A stretch of DNA of 64,000 bases from Lachnospiraceae bacterium (GTDB lineage: Bacteria > Bacillota > Clostridia > Lachnospirales > Lachnospiraceae): positions 6,111-70,110 of the forward strand of contig JAZRXF010000094.1 of the NCBI GenBank assembly GCA_045600085.1, given 5' to 3'. Numbering within the stretch: position 1 is the stretch's first letter; each line of letters starts with the position of its first letter. Below the pieces are notes generated by a model. The model did no database searches, was not told the origin of the DNA, and saw only the letters and a program-made list of their open reading frames with translations. Shown here piece after piece: positions 37,454-45,205 of the stretch. A program made the position numbers and the translations under genes.

Positions 37454-38824
37454 CTATACTGGTGGAAGCTTTGCAAGGCTTTCTGCTATCTCTTCATCTG
37501 TTGGAAGATAACATTCCATTGTTCCGTTATGGAAAGCTTCATAAGCATACATATCAAAGTAACCTGTACCTGTAAGACCAAAGAGAATTGTTTTCTCCTC
37601 ACCTGTCTCCTTGCACTTAAGAGCTTCATCAATTGCAGCCTTGATAGCGTGGCTACTTTCTGGAGCTGGAAGAATACCCTCAACTCTAGCAAACTGTTCT
37701 GCTGCTGCAAATACATCTGTCTGCTTAACTGATACAGCTTTCATAAGTCCATCAGCATAGAGCTGAGATACTACAGGGCTCATTCCGTGATATCTAAGAC
37801 CACCTGCATGGTTAGGAGCTGGGATATAATTGCTTCCGAGTGTATACATCTTGGCAAGTGGACATACCATACCTGTATCACAGAAATCGTAAGCGAACTT
37901 ACCTCTTGTTAAACTTGGACATGAAGAAGGCTCAACTGCTATAAATTCATAGTTAGCTTCTCCTCTAAGCTGTTCACCCATAAATGGAGACATAAGTCCA
38001 CCAAGGTTTGAACCACCACCTGCACATCCAATAATGATATCAGGCTTAATACCATACTTATCCATAGCAGCTTTGGCCTCCAGACCAATTACTGACTGGT
38101 GAAGAAGAACCTGGTTAAGTACTGAACCAAGAACATATCTGTATCCATCAAGAGAGGTTGCCACCTCAACTGCTTCAGAAATAGCACATCCAAGACTTCC
38201 TGTTGTTCCTGGATGATCAGCATTCATCTTCTTACCAATATTAGTTTCCATTGATGGTGAAGGAGTAACACTGGCACCATAAGTACGCATTACTTCACGA
38301 CGGAAAGGCTTCTGCTCATAAGAACACTTAACCATATATACCTTACAATCAAGGTCAAGATATGAACAAGCCATAGAAAGTGCTGTTCCCCACTGACCTG
38401 CACCTGTTTCTGTTGTTACACCCTTAAGTCCCTGCTTCTTAGCATAATAAGCCTGCGCAATAGCTGAGTTAAGCTTGTGGCTTCCTGATGTGTTATTACC
38501 TTCGAACTTATAGTAAATCTTGGCTGGGGTTCCAAGCTTCTTCTCAAGACAATATGCTCTTACAAGTGGTGATGGACGATACATCTTATAGAAATCTCTG
38601 ATTTCATCAGGGATATCAAAATATGCAGTGTCATTATCAAGCTCCTGAGCAACAAGCTCTTCACAGAATACTCCACTAAGCTCCTCGGCTGTCATTGGCT
38701 GAAGAGTACCAGGATTAAGAAGTGGGGCTGGCTTATTTTTCATATCAGCTCTTACGTTGTACCACTGCGTAGGCATCTCCTGCTCTTCAAGATAAATCTT
38801 ATAAGGAATCTCTTTATTAGACAT
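37454..38824 (-). CDS. trpB2: TrpB-like PLP-dependent enzyme (tryptophan synthase beta, TrpB2 type)
   Basis: 456 aa with PLP-lysine context NNTSGSHKLNSA and GCAGGGSNLGG. The N-terminal extension MSNKEIPYKIYLEEQEMPTQWYN is typical of TrpB2. Confidence 0.85.
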   Translation of the reverse strand: MSNKEIPYKIYLEEQEMPTQWYNVRADMKNKPAPLLNPGTLQPMTAEELSGVFCEELVAQELDNDTAYFDIPDEIRDFYKMYRPSPLVRAYCLEKKLGTPAKIYYKFEGNNTSGSHKLNSAIAQAYYAKKQGLKGVTTETGAGQWGTALSMACSYLDLDCKVYMVKCSYEQKPFRREVMRTYGASVTPSPSMETNIGKKMNADHPGTTGSLGCAISEAVEVATSLDGYRYVLGSVLNQVLLHQSVIGLEAKAAMDKYGIKPDIIIGCAGGGSNLGGLMSPFMGEQLRGEANYEFIAVEPSSCPSLTRGKFAYDFCDTGMVCPLAKMYTLGSNYIPAPNHAGGLRYHGMSPVVSQLYADGLMKAVSVKQTDVFAAAEQFARVEGILPAPESSHAIKAAIDEALKCKETGEEKTILFGLTGTGYFDMYAYEAFHNGTMECYLPTDEEIAESLAKLPPV

Positions 38825-38943
38825 AATTACTTCTCCTTTTTTGCATTAAATACAATGAAAATGCTTAAAAATTGACTACTTTTTCATCGTAGCAAAACCC
38901 CATATTAGTGTCAAGAATGAAAGGCTTCTAAGCCTAGTAAATA

Positions 38944-38972
38944 TTGTATTATTTGCCTTTTTCAGTTATAAT
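38944..38972 (+). promoter_or_regulatory. candidate sigma-A promoter for pgi
   Basis: TTGTAT (38944-49), a 17-nt spacer, then TATAAT (38967-72). It lies about 70 nt upstream of the pgi ATG. Confidence 0.4.
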
Positions 38973-39040
38973 CGCAATTGGATTGAGTTGTATAAAAATA
39001 CTCAAAAGAAAACAGAAAAATAATATACGGAGGATTTATC

Positions 39041-40621
39041 ATGGTTTCATGGAACAATCTTGATACATTATCAAGTTATCAGGAACTTACAAAGACTAAG
39101 GCTGTTGATCTTAAGTCAGTAATGACAGGCGATAATGGCGCAAAGCGTGCCAAGGAGTATAGCGTACCTATGGCAGAAGGCCTCTCATTCAATTATGCAG
39201 CTAAGTCAGTTGATGACGATATTTTAGCAGTACTTGCTAAGCTAGCTGATGAGGCTCAGCTCGTTGACAAGTATGAAGCTCTTTATAATGGTGAAGTTAT
39301 TAATACTGGTGAAAAGCGTCTTGTTCTTCATCAGATGTGCCGTGGACAGCTTGGCAATCCTGTTAATGCTGATGGCGTTGACAAAAGAACATTCTACACA
39401 GAGCAGCAGAAGAAGATTGAAGAATTCGCAAACAAGGTTCACTCAGGAGAAATAACAAATGCAGCTGGTGAGAGATTCACAACTGCTGTTCAGATTGGTA
39501 TCGGTGGATCAGATCTTGGCCCAAGAGCTATTTATATTGCACTTGAGAACTGGGCTAGAAAAACAGGAAACTTCAAGATGGAAGCTAAGTTCATCTCTAA
39601 CGTTGATCCTGATGATGCTGCCGCAGTTCTTAATTCCATTGATGTTGCACACTCTTTATTTGTACTTGTGTCAAAATCAGGAACAACACTCGAAACACTT
39701 ACTAATGAATCTTTTGTAAAGGATGCTCTCTGCAAGGCAGGTCTTGATCCTTCAAAGCATATGGTGGCTGTTACTTCTGAAACATCACCACTTGCTAAGT
39801 CAAGCGATTATCTTGCAGCATTCTTTATGGATGACTATATTGGCGGACGTTTTTCTTCTTCTTCAGCTGTTGGTGGCGCAATTCTTTCACTTGCATTTGG
39901 TCCTGACGTATTCGCACGCTTCTTAAATGGTGCAGCAGCAGAGGATAAGCTTGCTGCCAATAAGGATCTCAAAAAGAATCCTGCTTTACTTGATGCTCTT
40001 ATTGGAGTATATGAGAGAAACGTTCTTGGTATGCAGTGTACAGCAGTTCTTCCATATTCTCAGGCACTCTCTCGTTTCCCTGCTCACCTTCAGCAGGTTG
40101 ATATGGAATCTAACGGTAAAAGCGTTAATAGATTTGGTGAGCCTATCAGTTATCCAACTGGCCCAGTTATTTACGGTGAGCCTGGTACTAATGGACAGCA
40201 TTCATTCTACCAGCTTCTTCACCAGGGAACTGATATTATTCCACTTCAGTTCATTGGATTTAAGAATAGCCAGATTGGTTTAGATGTTGATATTCAGGGA
40301 TCAACAAGCCAGCAGAAGCTCTGTGCCAATGTTGCAGCTCAGATTGTTGCTTTCGCTTGTGGTAAGGATGATGAAAATAGCAACAAGAAATTTGAAGGCG
40401 GCCGTCCATCAAGTATCATTATTGGTGATCAGCTCACTCCTGAAACAATGGGTGCTCTTCTTTCTCACTTCGAGAACAAGGTTATGTACCAGGGATTTGC
40501 TTGGAACATCAACAGCTTCGATCAGGAAGGTGTACAGCTTGGTAAGGTACTTGCTAAGAAGGTACTTGCACACGATACAGATGGAGCGCTTGCAGTATAC
40601 AGCGATCTTTTAAATATTTAA
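39041..40621 (+). CDS. pgi: glucose-6-phosphate isomerase
   Basis: IGIGGSDLGP, VSKSGTTLET and GEPGTNGQHSFYQLLHQG. GGAGG lies upstream of the ATG. Confidence 0.93.
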   Translation: MVSWNNLDTLSSYQELTKTKAVDLKSVMTGDNGAKRAKEYSVPMAEGLSFNYAAKSVDDDILAVLAKLADEAQLVDKYEALYNGEVINTGEKRLVLHQMCRGQLGNPVNADGVDKRTFYTEQQKKIEEFANKVHSGEITNAAGERFTTAVQIGIGGSDLGPRAIYIALENWARKTGNFKMEAKFISNVDPDDAAAVLNSIDVAHSLFVLVSKSGTTLETLTNESFVKDALCKAGLDPSKHMVAVTSETSPLAKSSDYLAAFFMDDYIGGRFSSSSAVGGAILSLAFGPDVFARFLNGAAAEDKLAANKDLKKNPALLDALIGVYERNVLGMQCTAVLPYSQALSRFPAHLQQVDMESNGKSVNRFGEPISYPTGPVIYGEPGTNGQHSFYQLLHQGTDIIPLQFIGFKNSQIGLDVDIQGSTSQQKLCANVAAQIVAFACGKDDENSNKKFEGGRPSSIIIGDQLTPETMGALLSHFENKVMYQGFAWNINSFDQEGVQLGKVLAKKVLAHDTDGALAVYSDLLNI

Positions 40622-40647
40622 TTAAAGATTAGTTAAATAAAAAATTT

Positions 40648-40692
40648 AAGACCTTGCTATCATTATTAGATGAATGCAAGGTCTTTTCTTTT
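40648..40692 (+). terminator. intrinsic terminator after pgi
   Basis: AAGACCTTGC-(18-nt loop)-GCAAGGTCTT followed by TTCTTTT. Confidence 0.65.
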
Positions 40693-40715
40693 ACAATAAT
40701 AACTATAATTAATGA

Positions 40716-41369
40716 CTATTCAGGCCATATAAACTTGGTATTACCAGCTTCTCCTCCATCAATAAGAAGATTCTGACCTGTCATAAAACGATTGGTTACA
40801 CCAACAAAATATACCCATTCGGCTATTTCTTCTGGCGAGGCCCATCTTTTAAGTGGCGTAAGCTCCATTATTTGATTCCATAAGTTCTCATCGTCCATTA
40901 CACAGCGATTAAGTTCTGTTAATACACCACCTGGGTCAATACTATTGCATATCGCCTTTGGAGCCAGCCTATTAGCCACGTTCTTTGTATATGCAATCAA
41001 TCCACCCTTTGACGCTGCATACTCTGGGAACTCTGATCCAGTATGAGCACTCGCTGATCCGATATTCACAACAGATATTATATTATCATTGTGAAAAGCA
41101 TAATGCTCTGTAATGCTAATAACAGCCTTTAGATTGATATCAATATCCTCACCACTATCCTGAACACCCGCGTTATTAATAATAATATGAGGTTTGATAT
41201 CTGGATATGAAGCCTTGTCTCTTACATCAGCCTTGATATGTACATAATTAATATTATCTATACTGCTATCAATAATATCCATACCATATACTTTATGGCC
41301 ATTATCCAAAAACTTAATTGCTATAGCCCGACCTATTCCCTTAGATGAACCCGTAATCAATATATCCAT
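40716..41369 (-). CDS. SDR-family oxidoreductase
   Basis: ILITGSSKGIGRAIA, NNAG and YAASKGG. The ATG at 41369 has GGGTGG 6 nt upstream. Confidence 0.85.
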   Translation of the reverse strand: MDILITGSSKGIGRAIAIKFLDNGHKVYGMDIIDSSIDNINYVHIKADVRDKASYPDIKPHIIINNAGVQDSGEDIDINLKAVISITEHYAFHNDNIISVVNIGSASAHTGSEFPEYAASKGGLIAYTKNVANRLAPKAICNSIDPGGVLTELNRCVMDDENLWNQIMELTPLKRWASPEEIAEWVYFVGVTNRFMTGQNLLIDGGEAGNTKFIWPE

Positions 41370-41392
41370 AGAAACCACCCGATTTAATTCGA

Positions 41393-42124
41393 TTATTTAC
41401 CAGCAGCCACAAAATCAAGATACTGCTGACCAACCTGCTCTTCCTTCCATTTCTTGGTAGCACGGTATCCCATAGGACTAAGTACTACTTCTCCAAGAAG
41501 CTCCATTACTGCTCCAGTAAGTGAACATGTGAGTACCTGTATCCATGTCCAGCCAAAGAAAACATGGGATACTACTGTTGCAAACACCAGATTGTCCACA
41601 AACTGAGCTATTGCAGTTGATGTAAATGATCTGATAGCAAAATCCTTATAGCTGTCTGACTTTAATTTCTTTGAAATAACAAAATTCAATCCAGAATTGC
41701 ACAAAGCAGATATGAACATTGCCAGACTGCTGCCAAGTACTATATACCAGCTTCCACCAATTGTGTTATTAAGAGCAGTATTAACATCCATTGACTCATA
41801 GGTATAGAACTCTCCCCACATACCAGGTGTCATACTCATGAGTTTAAATAATAAACATACTGCCAAATTAATAACTAAAGCTAAAACCGAGATTTTTGCT
41901 GCTGCCTTTGGCCCAAAATGCTTGCATATCATATCCATGCATAAAAAAGAAACCCAGCTTACGGTAAAGCCGCAGTCTAGGGCCAGATATTTGGCCGAGA
42001 ACAGCTCCTTATTGGCCAAGAGGTTCATGACTATCACGCTAATAAAAAACAACGAGATAACCAGACTTGGCACGTTCCTCAGCAAGAGTTTCATGTCTTC
42101 CAGTTCTTTTTTTAACTTATTCAT
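41393..42124 (-). CDS. yhhQ: VUT/YhhQ-family queuosine-precursor transporter
   Basis: 243 aa polytopic protein with a DUF165/YhhQ-like pattern (FLCMDMICKHFGPKAA...TSTAIAQFVDNLVF). AAAGGAG lies 5 nt upstream of the ATG. Confidence 0.75.
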   Translation of the reverse strand: MNKLKKELEDMKLLLRNVPSLVISLFFISVIVMNLLANKELFSAKYLALDCGFTVSWVSFLCMDMICKHFGPKAAAKISVLALVINLAVCLLFKLMSMTPGMWGEFYTYESMDVNTALNNTIGGSWYIVLGSSLAMFISALCNSGLNFVISKKLKSDSYKDFAIRSFTSTAIAQFVDNLVFATVVSHVFFGWTWIQVLTCSLTGAVMELLGEVVLSPMGYRATKKWKEEQVGQQYLDFVAAGK

Positions 42125-42127
42125 TTT

Positions 42128-42196
42128 TACTCCTTTGGTTTTAATGTTTTACAAGCAGGATATCGGACCCGAACTGCTTGGCGTAATATATTACGC
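42128..42196 (-). promoter_or_regulatory. candidate preQ1-I-type riboswitch with an upstream P0-like hairpin
   Basis: Minus-strand RNA reads GCGUAAUAUAUUACGC-C-AAGCAG-UUCGGGUCCGAUAUC-CUGCUU-GUAAAACAUUAAAACCAAAGGAG-UAAAA-AUG. It has a 6-bp P1, a loop starting UUC and ending in C, an A-rich tail, and possible loop GG to tail CC pairing next to the SD. Confidence 0.4.
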
Positions 42197-42214
42197 ATTA
42201 TTATTGCAAAAAAG

Positions 42215-42243
42215 ATATTACATCCGCGTCCACTTATTTGCAA
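42215..42243 (-). promoter_or_regulatory. candidate sigma-A promoter for yhhQ
   Basis: Minus strand reads TTGCAA (42243..42238), a 17-nt spacer, then TAATAT (42220..42215). Confidence 0.4.
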
Positions 42244-42259
42244 CTGTTTTTTATAACAA

Positions 42260-42805
42260 TCAAGCCTTTACAAAGCCTATTTTTACAAGTCTACCACGAA
42301 TTAGGCTTCCAAGAATGATTGCAATCGCAATTTTGGCACCATCACCAATGAGAAATGGAAATACACACACAGTTAGCGCATACCAAATCTCGCACTTCAT
42401 AAGATAAACAAACCACACTGTTCCAATCGCATAATCAAGAAGTGTAGCAAGCACCATAAAGATAACTATCATATACTTCTTTTTCATCCACTTACTGACT
42501 GCAATTCCAGAGATAATTGCCATTGGGATAAATCCAATAAGATATCCACCTGTTGGTCCAGAAAGCTTTCCAAGTCCTCCAGCATAACCAGAAAAAATAG
42601 GAAGTCCTACTGCACCAAGAAGCAAATATACCACGTAGCTAAGAGTTCCATATTTTGTACCAATTATAAATACTGCTATATATATAATAAGATTGGTTAA
42701 TGAAATAGGAACAGGGCCTATAGGCAACGCAATAGGTCCAAGAATACACATAAGTGCTGTAAATAAAGCTGTTACTACAAGCTGATAAGTTGTCATTTTG
42801 TTCAT
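42260..42805 (-). CDS. bioY: biotin transporter BioY (ECF S-component)
   Basis: 181 aa with about 5-6 TM helices. ALFTALMCILGPIALPIGPVPISLTNL and PTGGYLIGF are typical of BioY. Confidence 0.85.
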   Translation of the reverse strand: MNKMTTYQLVVTALFTALMCILGPIALPIGPVPISLTNLIIYIAVFIIGTKYGTLSYVVYLLLGAVGLPIFSGYAGGLGKLSGPTGGYLIGFIPMAIISGIAVSKWMKKKYMIVIFMVLATLLDYAIGTVWFVYLMKCEIWYALTVCVFPFLIGDGAKIAIAIILGSLIRGRLVKIGFVKA

Positions 42806-42859
42806 AATAATATACTCCTAATGTTTTTTACACATTAGAGTTTATCATATAAATGTCTA

Positions 42860-42892
42860 TTGTCAACCTGTTGTCCACATGTTGGTATACAT
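42860..42892. promoter_or_regulatory. BirA-operator-like inverted repeat overlapping the bioY promoter
   Basis: TTGTCAACC-N15-GGTATACAT. The half-sites TGTCAACC and GGTATACA (6/8 complementary) resemble the TGTWAACC-N-GGTTWACA class. The left half contains the minus-strand -35 TTGACA (42867..42862), which sits 16 nt from TGATAAACT. Confidence 0.35.
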
Positions 42893-42899
42893 TTATTTT

Positions 42900-43607
42900 T
42901 TACTTATTAAGAAACTCTACCATTTCTACAAACGTACCCTTTGCCCCCTCCCAAGGATGGTCACTACTCGGAATAACACAATCTGTAACAAGATAACAGT
43001 CCATCCCTGTCTTACTTGCAGCATACATATCTTCAAGCTCATCGTTGCCTATCATAAGACATTCGCCTGGTTGTACACCAATTCTCTCACATATATCCTC
43101 ATAATACTTAGGATTAGGCTTACAGTACCTATCACTTTCATAGCTGGTAACCAAATCAAAATCTTTAGGTTCAAGCCCTACCCATTTTAACCTGGTAGCC
43201 TGACCTGACAATGGAAAAAGTGGATTACTTGCGAGAATAACCTTATCCGCGCATTCTCTTGCAGCATCTATTGCAGACTGAGCCAGTGGATTATCACCAG
43301 TAAAAATCTTGGCGTCAAAAAATTCATTCTCATAAAATTCATCACAATCACCACCAACCTGATCTCTGGAAAAACCACATTTAAGTTCAAATGCCTTCCA
43401 GAAAGCCACATCATTGGTTACGCTTCCATCATTTTTAACCATGGCGCCTGTACCTGTCCATACAGCATCTACAAGATCTGTTGGGGCAATACCATGCTTA
43501 GCAAGTTTCTTAGCCAAAAGACGAAAATAACCATCTGTGAATTCCTTCATAACCATTGGAACCAGAGTTCCATCCATATCAAATAATATTGCTTTATACT
43601 TTTTCAT
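42900..43607 (-). CDS. HAD-family hydrolase
   Basis: AILFDMDGTLV motif I; 235 aa. Confidence 0.8.
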   Translation of the reverse strand: MKKYKAILFDMDGTLVPMVMKEFTDGYFRLLAKKLAKHGIAPTDLVDAVWTGTGAMVKNDGSVTNDVAFWKAFELKCGFSRDQVGGDCDEFYENEFFDAKIFTGDNPLAQSAIDAARECADKVILASNPLFPLSGQATRLKWVGLEPKDFDLVTSYESDRYCKPNPKYYEDICERIGVQPGECLMIGNDELEDMYAASKTGMDCYLVTDCVIPSSDHPWEGAKGTFVEMVEFLNK

Positions 43608-43634
43608 AAATCGACGTTCTCCAATTAGACTAAC

Positions 43635-44477
43635 CTATACCAGTGGACCACCTTCAAAACCTACTAGCACACCACCTGGTTCACAATAGAACGAACATAG
43701 GCCACGATTAGCCCCTATAGTAATATCACTATTAGGATATTCAGCCTTAATAATATTAGCTAAAGCCTGGGCTGATTCCTCATTGAATGTATGACGAAGC
43801 CTTACCTTACCACCATTATATCCAGCATTTTTCATATTTTCCCATATCTGAGCTATAGCCTTTGAACGTCCTCTTCTCTTATGAAGCTGCTGAAGCTCAC
43901 CCTCTGCACTTGCCTGACCAACTATACATATTCCAAGAATCTTAGCTGCTGCCGCTATTGCTGGGTTAACTCGTCCATTATTTACAAATGTCTGAAGAGA
44001 CTCAAGAGAAAACATTAAATGAGTTGTTTTAAGATATTCCTGAATCTTTTCACATACAACTTCAAAATCATCTCCAGCCTTAACAAACTCAGCATACTTT
44101 TCTACAATAAGCTCAAGCTCAGGTCCCGTAGTTAATGAATCAAGTACAAATACCTTCTTGCCTGGATTACTTTCCATATAATCCTCACCTGCTGCATGAG
44201 CCGCATTATAAGCTCCGGAAATCTTACTGGTCAATGCGACACTGTAAACAATATCCGCATCGCCAAAGGCTTCAATCCAATCGCCAAAATTAGGACAAGA
44301 TGAACCAGATTTACCACGATAACTCTTTAAATCATCTGTCATCCCTTTTACATCCAGACTCTCATCATCAATATATTCTTTATTATCGGTAAATATCTTT
44401 AGTGGTGCTGCAACAAAATCAACACCATCTACCTTAAATAAATTGGCTGAAGAGTCAGCTACTATACGCACTTTCAT
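43635..44477 (-). CDS. DegV-family fatty-acid-binding protein
   Basis: MKVRIVADSSANL, LTSKISGAYNAA, VLDSLTTGPE and NNGRV. The ATG at 44477 is preceded by AAAGGATGG, so the ORF-track start at 44552 is probably an over-extension. Confidence 0.88.
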   Translation of the reverse strand: MKVRIVADSSANLFKVDGVDFVAAPLKIFTDNKEYIDDESLDVKGMTDDLKSYRGKSGSSCPNFGDWIEAFGDADIVYSVALTSKISGAYNAAHAAGEDYMESNPGKKVFVLDSLTTGPELELIVEKYAEFVKAGDDFEVVCEKIQEYLKTTHLMFSLESLQTFVNNGRVNPAIAAAAKILGICIVGQASAEGELQQLHKRRGRSKAIAQIWENMKNAGYNGGKVRLRHTFNEESAQALANIIKAEYPNSDITIGANRGLCSFYCEPGGVLVGFEGGPLV

Positions 44478-44550
44478 TTTATTCCATCCTTTTATAATTA
44501 ATTGACTTGTATAATGAACATTGATATATTTTATGACATACTTTGATATC

Positions 44551-44629
44551 ATAAAGCAACTAATGTCGCTTAATATATAATATATATTAGATTTATCATA
44601 TTCAAGAAGTTTGACTTATAAAGCAACTA
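44551..44629. repeat. 12-bp exact direct repeat in the degV/tetR divergent intergenic region
   Basis: ATAAAGCAACTA occurs at 44551-44562 and 44618-44629, within the longer similar contexts TTTGATATCATAAAGCAACTA and TTTGACTTATAAAGCAACTA. Confidence 0.5.
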
Positions 44630-44676
44630 TTAAGCTAAAAAGTCGCACACTACCGACTTATTGTGGAGATTTATAT

Positions 44677-45198
44677 ATGAGCAAAAATGCTATGACAACC
44701 ATATTTTTAAAAGAATGCATGGCTGATTCTTTATTGAAATTAATGAAAGAAAAAGATATTTCCAAAATAACTATTGATGAGATTGCTGCTGGAGCCGGAG
44801 TAAACCGCTCAACATGGTTTCGTAACTTCGATACTAAAAATGAAGCATTAACCTTTAAGCTGGTTCAAATATGGAATAGATGGGCCGACGAGCACAATGT
44901 CATAGAAAGAAACAAATTCACAGTAAAAAATAGTCACGACTTTTTTAGTTTCAACTATGAAAACAGAAAGATTTTGGACACTCTCTACCATGCCGGTCTT
45001 GATACTGTCATTTATGAAGCCTTCATTGAAATAATGATGCCTCGTTTCGTTGTTGATCCTAAGGAATGCTATGAAGCCAGATTCTATTCGTTCGGGTTAT
45101 ATGGGCTCCTTGAAGAGTGGATAAAAAGAGATTATGCTGAATCACCTAGAGAAATGGCCAATATGTTTATCAAATTCTGCATTGAGCCTTTTTCTTAA
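44677..45198 (+). CDS. TetR-family transcriptional regulator
   Basis: HTH region ITIDEIAAGAGVNRSTWFRNF. The ATG at 44677 has GGAG upstream, and the ORF-track start at 44611 is TTG. Confidence 0.8.
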   Translation: MSKNAMTTIFLKECMADSLLKLMKEKDISKITIDEIAAGAGVNRSTWFRNFDTKNEALTFKLVQIWNRWADEHNVIERNKFTVKNSHDFFSFNYENRKILDTLYHAGLDTVIYEAFIEIMMPRFVVDPKECYEARFYSFGLYGLLEEWIKRDYAESPREMANMFIKFCIEPFS

Positions 45199-45205
45199 TA
45201 TGACT

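Noticed and set aside
38825-39040. Possible T-box or Trp attenuator upstream of trpB2.
   Set aside because: Only about 60 nt of 5' UTR remain after the best promoter. I found no specifier-loop or T-box (AGGGUGGNACCGCG-like) sequence and no terminator-antiterminator pair.
39242-40613. A series of 66-118-aa alternative-frame ORFs on both strands inside pgi.
   Set aside because: The pgi frame carries unambiguous PGI motifs throughout. The other frames are Leu/Ser-rich shadow ORFs with no starts in a sensible context.
41838-42407. 189-aa plus-strand ORF spanning the yhhQ 5' end, the intergenic region and the bioY 3' end.
   Set aside because: It is antisense to two well-supported membrane-protein genes and crosses a promoter and leader region. 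It has a low-complexity composition and no RBS. This is a typical shadow ORF of AT-rich DNA.
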